DNA from: Macrostomum hystrix
Lineage: Eukaryota; Animalia; Platyhelminthes
Assembly (NCBI GenBank): GCA_950097015.1
Contig: CATNEN010000038.1
Span: 4,774,001 to 4,838,000 of the forward strand
Direction: 5' to 3'
Length of the DNA stretch: 64,000 nt
The position numbers and the translations under genes were made by a program. The notes under the pieces were generated by a model that saw only the letters and a program-made list of their open reading frames with translations, did not search any database and had not been told where the DNA came from. Of this stretch, positions 1 through 10,891 are shown one piece after another; within the stretch, counting starts at the first letter, position 1; every line of letters begins with the position of its first letter.

Positions 1-220
1 AAGCCGAGAGCCAGACCCGCAAAGCCGGATTGGACTATACCTTACAGCGCAAGGTAAATTTCGCTACGAACAGTATTGCAAGTATTGCATGGTGTTATCG
101 AGACCCTTATTGCACAGTTCCACAGGTTCCCCCCACTCGAGTCACAATATACTTAGGGTGGAAAGGCAGGGCAAACAAAGATAGGAAATTGCGGTTCGCT
201 CCCGTATATCGCACCTTTAA

Positions 221-1023
221 CAGTAGAACTACCAAGGGGGGGGGAATTTCACCCCCTGACAACTTTTTTTGCTGCACCCGAACGGAACAATGCAAGCACA
301 CGAAACTCAAGAACACGGGCCAACTTTTTGTTGCGCATCTTCTGAAACAAGAAACAAGTCGCCAGCTCTTCAGACCGTCGAGATATTCAATGTTTCTGGC
401 CGAAGGTCCGATTTTTCCCATAAGAGCTAGTGTATTTCATACACCCCTATACACGAATTTGCACTGCGCCTCAGTGCGGCCTTGCCAGGCCTTCAAAATT
501 TATCAGCATGTCACCCGAGTGTGCCTGCATCAACTCCGTCTTCGGTGGTCACCTACCTTTATCTAGACAGACTGCTGGACCTTCAAGGGCTACAACAGGT
601 GGAACTAAGCTACTATGGACACCCTGACGCGAATGTCTCAAATTTCAATGCTCAAGCCAAAATATTAGGCGCAGCTCAACCACAGGACACCATCGCCTAG
701 TCTGTCAACCAATCAGTCACCACCCAACGCTGTTAGCATTCGGGCGCTGCCAAAAAAATTGTTTGGGGGGGGGGAAATTTCGATTTTGCCTTTCGTTTTT
801 ATACCAAGGAGGGGATACCCCCCTGATTTTTTGCCAGTGCCTGAATGCTAATAGCGTTGGGAGGTGACTGATTGGCTGACAGACTAGGCGATGGTGTCCC
901 ATGGTTGAGCTGCGCCTAATATTTAGGCTTGATCAGTGAAATTGCTTGATCAGTTGCTCCGTTCGGTTGCAGCGCAAAAAATTGTCAGGGTGGGGGAAAT
1001 AATCCCCCTTGGAAGTTCTACTG
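221..1023. mobile_element. Non-autonomous TIR (foldback/MITE-like) element with TTAA flanks
   Basis: ~70-bp imperfect terminal inverted repeats (221-290 CAGTAGAACTACCAAGGGGG... vs 955-1023 ...CCCCCTTGGAAGTTCTACTG), flanked by TTAA on both sides (217-220, 1024-1027); a second internal inverted pair at ~660-775 / ~820-925; no transposase ORF. Confidence 0.75.
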
Positions 1024-2321
1024 TTAAAGTAAGTAACTCAAAATCAGCCCATGAGTCACTTTTAAATGCACTCAGGGACTGCTATACTACACGGTATTTA
1101 GTAGTCCCTGGATGCACTTTTCTGCGAAGTCCGAAAGACTTATCCGATTTGGTGTACGCCTCTAACGAACAGTCTCGAGCAAACTCCAGAGTACTCATGG
1201 AAGTTCCACTTTAGACAATGGAAGAGAGAGAGACATTTTCACAGTTTTTATCAAATTCAATTCAGCAAAAAGGACAAGAACTAAAAGCGCTCGCGACAAA
1301 AAAATAAAATGGCGACAGCTTCTACCGATGGAGCTCGGGACCATTGTACGGCTTGCATTGATAAGCACATAGTCACCTAATTACTCGCATTTACCCTGCC
1401 CTGCATACAGAAAAACCCAGTTGCATATCATTTCTTGGCTCAATAAAGTGCATTAATGTACAGAGCCCAAAAACTGAACTTCGCTTTTTGCGCTTCTGAC
1501 TGCTAAAATTGCGGGTTTGCACTATTATTGCCAGCAATAATGTGATTTTGAATCAATATAATAAATGAGAAAAATGAACTCAGTTTAATTACGGACTGAA
1601 TTCGAGACCGGAGGAAACAGAACAGGATATAAACACACTTTTCAAAAGTGAAAGGAAAAACTGAAAGCACGTGCCGTAATACAAATGTTGCCAATTTGCT
1701 ATTTAAATGACTTAGAGTCGATATTGCAAGACAATTGATGCATTGTCAAAGAATCAGCAAAAATATGTTATGTCTATGAGCCAAAACTTCCTGCAATGAC
1801 CTTGTCTTTTTTACTGTGTCTAATTTTTTTAGTCTATGGGCATCCACTGAAATTTATCCATGGTATATTCCTGCATGAAAGCGAGTGTCTATGGTAAAAA
1901 GGCATTCGTGCGCATCGTGCACTTGAAGACGCACTCGTTTTCGTGCAGGAATCCTATCCATTATCGAGTAAGCATTAGTGCAGGGACATGCAATATATTG
2001 AAGCAAAACAACTATGACAACCTCTTCCTTTACCGCACTGTTTATAAATATTTATTCAGTTTTCTTCATTTTAGAATTAGCATTTGAATAAATGTGAGTG
2101 TAAAAAAGTTTACAAAAAAGAAGAGATATTTTTGGGGTGTCTACCACCCAATGAAATTGTGCGAGATTGAATAAGCTCTGCAATAGCCCGCGCAATGAGA
2201 GCTTCGCAACTCAAATACTAAACATTTGAGCTCACGAAAATTGCCAGTCAACACGACTATATCTCCTCTGCTGCCGATAGCGAGTTCCATTCAGCACATT
2301 CGACAGCACAGCAAGGCAGGC

Positions 2322-3221
2322 ATGGCGGAGAAGCTAGCTGAGATAGGCACAGTTTTTCAGTGCATCGCCGAGGCTGTCAAGGCAATGAGCGCAGTTCGGC
2401 AGAACAACATCAAGCTGGTATCGATCACTGAGGCGACGAAGACGCAGGCGCGGGAAGTTGAGAATTTCAAACTACCCGAAGAACCGCAGCAGCTAAAGAA
2501 TGCGAGACAGGCACTTAGGGAGATGAAGCTGGCCATGCGGAATGTGCTTGATTCCGTGTCCAAACTGGAGCAGGGCGTCAAGATATTCTTCTTCGAAACA
2601 TCCGAGTTTGAAACTTTTATTAAGAGGAGAGTCGAGACTAAAAAAATGTCAGAGAAAGACACCAGCGAAATTTGCAAAAGGCTGAGCGAGACTCACAGAA
2701 TCGCCAGCAGGTTTTCATCCGCATTCGACAAGTTCATCGGCGAGTTAGACAGCGGGCGGAAGGCTGCGAGCGCGCTCTCCGGCGAGCTCAAGCAGGTGGT
2801 GGATAAATTTGGCAGCTCGGTAACAGACCAAATGACCGGCCGAGGTCAAGGCGTTGCTGCAGGAGTTCTGAGCTTCTTCACTGGTGGCATGACGCGGATT
2901 CTGGCGGGTATCTTCGGCTCAAAAAGCGCCACCGACCCGAAATCGATGCTCCAGCTGTCCGAAGACCTCCGGACTGGAGCCAGCCGGTTGGAGGCCGTCG
3001 CAAACGAGATGACGAAGATCTGTCAATGGGCTGGAGAGGTCCGACTGGACGAGGAGGCGCTCAGAAATTTGCAGACGGCACTGAATTACTTCGAAAAGGA
3101 GAATAAGAAAGAGACGCTGATCGCACAGCAGCAGGCTCAAATGGAGGCGAGTGACCGTAGAATCGCTGAGCTGGAGGCTGAGTTTCAGAGGCGCCTAGGA
3201 GAGGGCACTAATAAGGAGTGA
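2322..3221 (+). CDS. Intronless ~299-aa alpha-helical/coiled-coil protein with a central Gly-rich hydrophobic segment; function unknown
   Basis: First ATG in good context (GGCATGG) at 2322 within ORF 2226-3221; GC-rich codons contrast with AT-rich flanks; AATAAA at 3285-3290; segment GRGQGVAAGVLSFFTGGMTRILAGIFG at aa ~173-199. Confidence 0.8.
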   Translation: MAEKLAEIGTVFQCIAEAVKAMSAVRQNNIKLVSITEATKTQAREVENFKLPEEPQQLKNARQALREMKLAMRNVLDSVSKLEQGVKIFFFETSEFETFIKRRVETKKMSEKDTSEICKRLSETHRIASRFSSAFDKFIGELDSGRKAASALSGELKQVVDKFGSSVTDQMTGRGQGVAAGVLSFFTGGMTRILAGIFGSKSATDPKSMLQLSEDLRTGASRLEAVANEMTKICQWAGEVRLDEEALRNLQTALNYFEKENKKETLIAQQQAQMEASDRRIAELEAEFQRRLGEGTNKE

Positions 3222-4367
3222 ATTAGATACTAATGTTTATTATGTACTTCATCCGATTCTTGTTTTGTTTATCCAAACCAATTCAATAAAGTCCATTGTC
3301 ACCAGAGTTTTTTGAATTAACAGAAGGCAAGGACCTCTAGGAATCAAGTATAAAAGTAGTATATCTTGTAATATTTTACAGAAAAATACCACATGGTTAT
3401 TTCAAATACCAAATCTTTTCTTTCACTTGTATCTCCCAAAATATATTCAACCGATCGCCATTAAAATTTAGAACACTAGGCTAACTTCCAACCAAACAAC
3501 TTCCAGAATGACGAAATCGAGTTATTCAACGATTCTTGTCGGGGTGTCTATGGCAAAAACGAACAATATTGGCTAAATTTTTCCGCTCAAAAATTTCATC
3601 AGTTAATCCTGTCGGTTAGTTGTCATAAATGTCCTTTATGGACAATTTAGTATTTCAATTTTTTGCTTGAGCTTAAATGACATTTCAGAAACAGTTAAAT
3701 AAATTTCTTTTTTGATTATTTAAATATTCAAACTGCATATTTATTTGATTATTACTCCGCACCGTAGTGAAGTGGAAAAAGAACAAAAGAAAACTGTACT
3801 TTTTTCGATTTTTTCCGGAATTATCAGCTGTGAATCCCTGCAAATTTGTATCTGCAATACCTACATCCCTACATTCCCTGCATCCATGTATTCAAAACAT
3901 CCTGCGTTCCCTACATCTCTGCACTCACTAAATCAATTGTTTCTGTAATCATTTTTGTGATTCTAGCTGCGGATTCCGCTGCTACAAGAACAGCGATTTC
4001 AGCAACGAAGAGAATTTGGCATCGGCAAAAACAAGTCTTTGTTTCTAGGAAGCACTGTTTTCCGAGATAAAAGAAAATACAAAGGTGGTAAAAGCTTCAG
4101 GATGGTAAACAAACTTATTGATTATGCATTTAAAAGCTACAATGATCTAAACAGACAAGTGTAGAATTTAAAGACGCAAAAATGCTGCTCCTGAAAATCT
4201 GTTAAAGAACAAACGGAAATAAATAGTCGATTGCCATTCTGATTTCTTCAGTTTAGATCTTAGTGTTCTAATAATCTACAAGCAATGAGCAAAGACATGG
4301 TATTTTACTGTTAAAAGCTTATATTAATCCGCATGTAACTCTAATCTACAACAGACATGGCTAACAG

Positions 4368-5867
4368 TCAGGCCGCTGATGAAGCCCTGATGACCCGGAT
4401 TGTCAACAGAAGGTCGCCGTTGTGCAGGAACTCGGCTTCCCGAATCATGCGGCCATCCGCGAGCTGGACGAATTTTGTGGCGCCACAGAATACGGACCAA
4501 TCGTTCTCCATCAGTGGTTTGGACCGTCCGGAGTCAAACTGGACAGTCTTCACAATGTCCAGAGTTCTATCGCTGCGGTGAGCCAGTCGAAACTCGACAT
4601 TGGCTATGAAGGGCCACTGCTGGGCGTCATCGTACTCGCCTCGCACGAGCAGCAGGTACACAGACGCGTACTCGCCTCGGACAGTGTGCAGCCCATTCGG
4701 ATAGAAGCGGCCTCGAAGTTTGAAGCCTTCATCGTGCGAATAGAATTCTGGCGAGAAGACTTGTTCCCGTTGAAGGCAATTTACCCTCCAATTCTTGAGA
4801 ATACTGAAGTTTTGGACAGGATCAGCCGCTGCTCCGTAGGCTGCCTCAGCTCGAATTGCGCCCCTGAAACCGCCAGAGCTCTCCATTCTGCTCATCCTGT
4901 CGTCCAAATTCTTTAAAAACTGCTGCAACTGTGTTATACCACCGAATTTGTCTGCCATCTGCTCTAACTCCAGAGTTGTGTGAGCCCAGTTTGCTACATT
5001 CACCTGGAGCTTCTTAAAATGCTCGTAAATATTTTTCACCTTGGGCTTCACGTCTTCAAGCTCGCTACTGCTCACAACCGCGGAACCTACAACAGGTACG
5101 GTCAGTGAGCCAGTAGGGTTAAAGTTCGGAGCAGATCCGGATCCAGATCCTAGCTGCCTCAGTTTCAAGTCCATCATCGACAAGTGTTGGTCGGTGTCTT
5201 CTTTGTAGTGCTTCTCCAGGTCGGACTTCCTGGCCCTCAAGTCGCAACCCAAGTGGCTGTACTTGCAGTCGTTCGGCTTGTCTGGACAGAGCTTCAGGTG
5301 CTCAACGAATTCTTTGCGATTGAGCTTCTTGCTTTTGTCTTTGCAAAACGGACAAATAGCGCTGAAAGCTGGACAGCAAGCGGCCGAGTCAAGGTTCCTG
5401 TGGACCTTGTCCATTTCGCTAAACACCACAGTTTGGTGACAGTCCTTGCAAGTCACTCGACGTTGCTCGAAGCTCACTCGACGTTTCGCGTAGTCGCAGT
5501 TCTCCAGGTGAGAGTCCACATCCCGCCATTTCACCTGCTCCTTGCAGCCGTCGTCTCTGTTCGGACAGAACACGGTCAGCTTGCTGATCTCCCGCCTCGT
5601 GGCAATGTCTGGAAGGCAGCTGGACTGGCAGATGGAGATCTCCTCGTCCTGGTCTTTGCAGGCCTCGGTGGTGCCCGGACAGAGGCGTCTCTCGGTGGGG
5701 TGCAGCTTGCTCAGCACGCAGGCCTGGCAGATGCGGCAGCCATGCGGAGTCTGGAAGGCGTTAAACAGCGGCCTGGCGCAGCTGTTGCAGCGGAGGTGCG
5801 ACGGCACCGCCTTCTCGTCAGCCGGCTGGGCCAGCGCGGCCTTCTCGGACAGCCCGGGGGTCGACAT
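4368..5867 (-). CDS. TRAF: TNF receptor-associated factor (TRAF) family protein, intronless, 499 aa
   Basis: N-terminal RING variant, CPNRDDGC...HLENC and further TRAF-type zinc fingers, coiled coil, C-terminal MATH/TRAF domain (FSPEFYS..GFKL..RFYPNG...SVYLLLVRGEYDD..QWPF); AATAAG/ATTAAA-like signals downstream. Confidence 0.93.
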   Translation of the reverse strand: MSTPGLSEKAALAQPADEKAVPSHLRCNSCARPLFNAFQTPHGCRICQACVLSKLHPTERRLCPGTTEACKDQDEEISICQSSCLPDIATRREISKLTVFCPNRDDGCKEQVKWRDVDSHLENCDYAKRRVSFEQRRVTCKDCHQTVVFSEMDKVHRNLDSAACCPAFSAICPFCKDKSKKLNRKEFVEHLKLCPDKPNDCKYSHLGCDLRARKSDLEKHYKEDTDQHLSMMDLKLRQLGSGSGSAPNFNPTGSLTVPVVGSAVVSSSELEDVKPKVKNIYEHFKKLQVNVANWAHTTLELEQMADKFGGITQLQQFLKNLDDRMSRMESSGGFRGAIRAEAAYGAAADPVQNFSILKNWRVNCLQREQVFSPEFYSHDEGFKLRGRFYPNGLHTVRGEYASVYLLLVRGEYDDAQQWPFIANVEFRLAHRSDRTLDIVKTVQFDSGRSKPLMENDWSVFCGATKFVQLADGRMIREAEFLHNGDLLLTIRVIRASSAA

Positions 5868-6429
5868 TCAGCGCTGCGAATTCGGAAAGTCCGTGGAACT
5901 TATTAGAGTAATATCACAACCAGATTTACATAGTTTACCCTTATTTGTTATGAGGCTTTTATAGGAACAATCCAGCCCTTTCTACTAGGTACTACCTTGT
6001 CACAAGCTGTTTTGTATAAATAAGTACAGGACTTGGACTGCCTAAGAATGAAGAGGCTAGACATGCCGCAATGGTCTGCACAGCCCCTTCAAAATTCAAG
6101 ATGGCTATGAAAAAGAGCATCCGTGCTGTGAATTCTACCGGCTTTCATATAATCCCCAATATGTCCTTATATGCTTGAATTTAACAACAATGGTGAGGAA
6201 CTAGCAATCTCTCAATATGTACAGTGAATGCACATTTGAAGTGTACACTCTTTGAATGCAAGTACTTCCCGGGTACTCCCTGGGTAAATCAGCCGACTGG
6301 GCCAGTGTGTCCTTCCCATACAGCTGGAGAGTCATTGATTAGCTATGATTTTTCAGGACTGTGATAATTCCAGTTTTTTTAAGAAAACTTTTATGTTGTA
6401 TATAGTATATTTGTCATTAGTTCGAGTAT

Positions 6430-6720
6430 TGATTACACCTGCCCCAATCGGGCCAGATGTGCAGCCGACAGCACAGCCGCAGCTATTGCGCGGCGCATCT
6501 GAAGGCTGCGTACAGCTGTTCAGTCCATGGACTGGGGGACGCCACACCCACCTTCAATTATCCCAGCTAATGCTGATACCCATTTAACAGCTGGGTGAAC
6601 TGAAGCAATGCAGAGTTAAGTGTCTTGCTAAAGGACACAAATTGTTTCAGTGGAGTCAGGAATCGAACCCCCGACCTTCAAGTCATTAGTCCGACGCCCT
6701 AACCACTAGGCTACAACCTC
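6430..6720 (-). mobile_element. tRNA-derived SINE, family 1 (copy A)
   Basis: Minus strand starts with a tRNA-like head (A box TAGCCTAGTGG, B box GGTTCGATTCC), then body TGTGTCCTTTAGCAAGACACTT...CACCCAGCTGTTAAATGGGT; exact 12-bp TSD TAGTTCGAGTAT at 6418-6429 and 6721-6732; homologous to 42929-43200. Confidence 0.92.
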
Positions 6721-7327
6721 TAGTTCGAGTATATTATTGTTATACAGTTGTAATTTGTATTATTTTGAGTGTTATCTCGTCGAAAGGTTTTTCCACGGAT
6801 TTGCCGTGGGAAAGCCGTCTTATAGGCTATTGTTCCGCTAGTGCACTCACTTTTGCATCTCATACTGACCAATATATTTTCTTTCTTCTCCAAATCAGGC
6901 AGTGAGAGTGTACGAGCGTAGTGTTCGCGAGTCACACAAAAATGTGCAGAGGACAGAAAGAAGCTTAAAATACGAGCGACGTACAATTTCAAACAAAAAA
7001 ATTAATAAAACAAAAGGCACAAAAAAGTTATAAACATTGTTCTTATTAAATTTTAAAAACTTTAGTTTCAGTTTAAATAATACTTCTGTAGTACTCTTTT
7101 AAAATACTCTTTTTATTCAACGAAGTGAAGAAGTGCTGTGACGGCAAAGAATTCGAGTTTGAAGTTAGCTATAAGAAAGTTAACACTGAATGGTGATACC
7201 ACCTGTGTATACAGTCTGTATGAGTTCCCGAGAATCGCTGTGCACTTGTGTGCTCATGGATTAGCACAATGAGCTTTCCTAATTGATGCGATAGTTCCCT
7301 TGCGAATTTTCTTATTAAACACATATT

Positions 7328-8440
7328 TCCTAGAAATCACAGGCTTCCTAGAAATCACTGGCTTCCTAGAAATCACTGGCTTCCTAGAAATCACAGGTTT
7401 CCTAGAAATCACAGGCTTCCTAGAAATCACAGGCTTCCTAGAAATTACAGGCTTCCTAGAAATCACTGGCTTCATGGAAATCACAGGCTTCCTAGAAATC
7501 ACAGGCTTCCTAGAAAACACAGGCTTCCTAGAAATCACAGGCTTCCTAGAAATCACAGGCTTCCAAAAAATCACAGGCTTCCAAGAAATCACAGGCTTCC
7601 TAGAAATCACTGGCTTCCTAGAAATCACAGGCTTCCAGAAATCACTGGCTTCATGGAAATCACAGGCTTCCTAGAAATCACTGGCTTCCTAGAAATCACA
7701 GGCTTCCTAGAAATCACAGGCTTCCAGAAATCACTGGCTTATAAGAAGTCACTGGCTTCCAAGAAATCACTGGCTTATAAGAAATCACAGACTTCAAAGA
7801 AATCACTGGCTTATAAGAAATCACAGACTTCAAAGAAATCACAGTTTTCCTAGAAATCACTGGCTTCCTAGAAATTACTGGCTTCCTAGAAATCACAGGC
7901 TTCCTAGAAATTACATGCTTCCAAGAAATCACTGGCTTATAAGAAGTCACTGGCTTCCAAGAAATCACTGGCTTAAAAGAAATCACAGACTTCAAATAAA
8001 TCACTGGCTTATAAGAAATCACAGGCTTGTAAGAAATCACAGGCTTCCAAGAAATCACAGGCTTCCAAGAAATCACAGGCTTCCAAGAAATCACAGGCTT
8101 CCAAGAAATCACAGGCTTTCAAGAAATCACAGGCCTCCAAAAAATCACAGGCTTCCTAGAAATCACAGGTTTCCTAGAAATCACAGGCTTCCTAGAAACC
8201 ACAGGCTTCCTAGAAATCACAGGCTTCCTAGAAATCACAGGCTTCCTAGAAATCACAAATTTCCTAGAAATCACAGATTTTCTAGGAATCACAGATTTAC
8301 TAGAAATCACAGATTGACTAGGAATCACAGATTTACTAGAAATCACAGATTGACTAGGAATCACAGATTTACTAGAAATCACAGATTGACTAGGAATCAC
8401 AGATTTACTAGAAATCACAGATTGACTAGGAATCACAGTC
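7328..8440. repeat. 18-bp minisatellite (TTCCTAGAAATCACAGGC)n, ~60 units with variant blocks
   Basis: Direct periodicity; 6-aa periodic translations (LEITGF / RNHRLP) in overlapping spurious ORFs. Confidence 0.98.
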
Positions 8441-8729
8441 TTCCTACAATATTTAATTTACCCTTCATACCTCATCCCAATCTGTCATTTGTCATAATTC
8501 ATATGTCATACTTCACACACTGATCAATTTAAATACATAAGCAATTAATCACAGAATAGAACAAAAATATGCATTAAAAGAATAGGCAAGACAGATGTGG
8601 AGATTTATTAGGTGTGATAATTAGAAATTTTCGATTTCGCTTTAATAAGTACGAAGACGTCTATAGGTGGACTGACAGATATATTTTTACTTATACATAT
8701 ACGTATACATATTTATATGTATACGTATT

Positions 8730-8995
8730 TTTTATGGGCGGAGCACTTGTCTTTTTTCCACCGAATTGCGCCAAGTCACAACTTTAACTAGTCATTCGGC
8801 TAAAAAAGGGTTTTTAGACTGACGCATGAAACACAGCTATGAACGTACGAGTAGTTTGTGCGTGGGCATGACGTTGAGCCTTGAATTGTACGAGCTCGTA
8901 CATGCAGTTTAAAATTAGAAAAACGGGAATTCCAAGGTCATTCCGCGGATGAATTCCCCAAGCAAACTGGTTTTGCCATTGAAACTATAAAGCAG
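8730..8995 (+). promoter_or_regulatory. Putative proximal promoter of the ankyrin gene
   Basis: GC box GGGCGGAG (~8735), CRE-like TGACGCA (~8820) and TGACGT (~8869), kappaB-like GGGAATTCC (8925-8933) and GAATTCCCC (8951-8959), TATA-like CTATAAA (~8985), about 110 bp upstream of the ATG at 9096. Confidence 0.45.
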
Positions 8996-9095
8996 CTTCT
9001 ATTAAACGATTTAGACAGAATCGAATAAAGTTGAAGCTTTAACTCAAACAGAACGTTTTTCTCCTGATCCCATTTAGAAGGCTAAAACAGTCACC

Positions 9096-10205
9096 ATGGG
9101 GCTCGGAGTGCTGAACAACACAAATCGACTTGACTTTATGCAGTGCAGCAGTCCAAGCTGCAGCGAGCAGTCGAGTCAACAGCAGCATCAGCCTGACGAT
9201 CTGAGTATGGAAAACACTGCTCACGCTGCTGCCTTCTTTGCAACAGCACACAGCTCAAAAATTCCCGCGGGAAACAGATTAAAAAGAACAGCTGAAAAGT
9301 CCGAAGGAATTTCCGCGAAAGAGAGTGTTCTAGAAATGGACTCGGCTGCGATGGAGACACCCGCAGAGGCGCAAGTGACGGAGCTGCGCAACGGCGCCCT
9401 GCAGTCCGCGCTGATGCTGGCGGTGCACAGGGGCCGCTCGACGCTGGCGGAGCGCCTGCTGACGCTGGATCCGACGCAGGCGCACCGGCACTACGATCGT
9501 GGCGGCCGCAACGTGCTGCACTACTGCGCAATCGCGAATCCGTCCGTTTCAGCAGCTGTGGTCGGCCAGCTGCTGCGGCTGCTGAGCAATGGAGCTGTGT
9601 CGGCTGAGGGACTAAGGGCCGCCCTCAGGATGCCCGACAGAGGCTGGCGGACACCCATGCAGCTGGCGGCTCGGCAGGACTCGTTGGCTACGGTGCGCAT
9701 CTTCGGATTGTTATCGACTGAGCTGCGACTGCCACGAGTCGACGTCAAGATCGACGCAGCCGATGTAGTTCGAGGAGGTGCTTGGCACGTTGCTCGATGG
9801 TTGCGTCAAACCGGAAGGTTCGCAGTCACTCGACCCGACCGCGAAAGCAACGACGATGACAGCGACGGCTGGCAGCCACGTCTCCGAGTTGATGACGATG
9901 CATTCGACGCAGAAGGCGGTCCCGACATTGTCATTCGAGACGAAGACGAGCCCGGTGCTGATTCTTTTGCTATGTTGCCTGGTGTCTCTGAGGCATTCAG
10001 CAAAGCCCTGTCGACTCGCTGCACCACGGATGCCCTGCCGGCTCTTTCGCTGCTGCCACTGCTGACCATGGGGCACGTCGCAGCCAGTCGGTGGTTGATA
10101 GACGCCGCTGACTGGTGGCAGTGGTTCGCTGATGCACGCATGGAGGTAGAGGTTGTCGGTACTTCACCTACTGCACCCACGACTAAAATGGGCTTAAAGT
10201 CGTGA
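9096..10205 (+). CDS. Intronless ankyrin-repeat protein (about 3 repeats) with acidic stretch, 369 aa
   Basis: SALMLAVHRG..LAERLL, GRNVLHYCA, RTPMQLAARQD ankyrin-type motifs; GC-rich codons; ACCATGG Kozak context; the true start may be a downstream Met. Confidence 0.8.
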   Translation: MGLGVLNNTNRLDFMQCSSPSCSEQSSQQQHQPDDLSMENTAHAAAFFATAHSSKIPAGNRLKRTAEKSEGISAKESVLEMDSAAMETPAEAQVTELRNGALQSALMLAVHRGRSTLAERLLTLDPTQAHRHYDRGGRNVLHYCAIANPSVSAAVVGQLLRLLSNGAVSAEGLRAALRMPDRGWRTPMQLAARQDSLATVRIFGLLSTELRLPRVDVKIDAADVVRGGAWHVARWLRQTGRFAVTRPDRESNDDDSDGWQPRLRVDDDAFDAEGGPDIVIRDEDEPGADSFAMLPGVSEAFSKALSTRCTTDALPALSLLPLLTMGHVAASRWLIDAADWWQWFADARMEVEVVGTSPTAPTTKMGLKS

Positions 10206-10891
10206 ATTTCGTTTTTCGTCAGACTTTTCGACATTACTTTTTTCTAACTACCAAAGCCTTGTATGTTTCGTATGAATGAATTTTCATTCGCATTTTATCT
10301 CAACGATCAATACCTAAATTTTAGCTTCTTTGTGTACGAGTTCGACCAATTGTGTTTCGATGCCTGCCTCTATTGCACCGCTCTTATACTGAGAATTATA
10401 CAATGTTGAACGTAATTTGATCAATACTTTTAACTTTTTATCTTTGATTACAACTAACGAATTACTGAAGCGTTAATTATTAGATCTCAGCGCGTGGTCG
10501 CACGCTAAATAAAAGTGCTGTGTGGGTGTCCCAAAGTTGGAAAAATGCAAGAACTATTTTTAGAGTCAAAATTGTAACACCCAGTTGCATTGCGCACACG
10601 TTTTGTACTGAATCAACTGATATTCACATAGTTACTATTGCTACTCTATTTTTAGTCCGTATGCAGACTCAGCCCAGCTGATCTAAGTACGTAGTACGAG
10701 TGGGAGTCTGGAGCACCGGATAGCCTTGGCCTGAGAGCTGACTCAGAGGTAAATAAAGCACGTGAAATACGCACTGTTCACCTGCACGGCTCCAGGAGCT
10801 GTAATACGATGTGCTGCCAATTAGGGTCTCTTAAGCATCCCTATGATGTCAGTATGCAATAATAACATCATATCCAAGGATTTCACCTTTA

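Noticed and set aside
1765-3565. Recurring GTGTCTATGG-like words on both sides of the helical orphan gene
   Set aside because: Same-orientation short matches with no TIR pair or TSD; not enough to claim the gene is transposon-captured
4357-5964. Plus-strand ORFs opposite TRAF (and similar shadow ORFs opposite ankyrin, oxidoreductase, PP1 and DNAAF5)
   Set aside because: Antisense or frame-shifted shadows of GC-rich exons, with no recognisable motifs
7254-8523. Periodic ORFs over minisatellites (also 16682-17257, 22989-24016, 24569-25867, 50564-51068, 52061-52813, 56454-56868)
   Set aside because: Translation of tandem repeats; several lie inside introns defined by good splice sites
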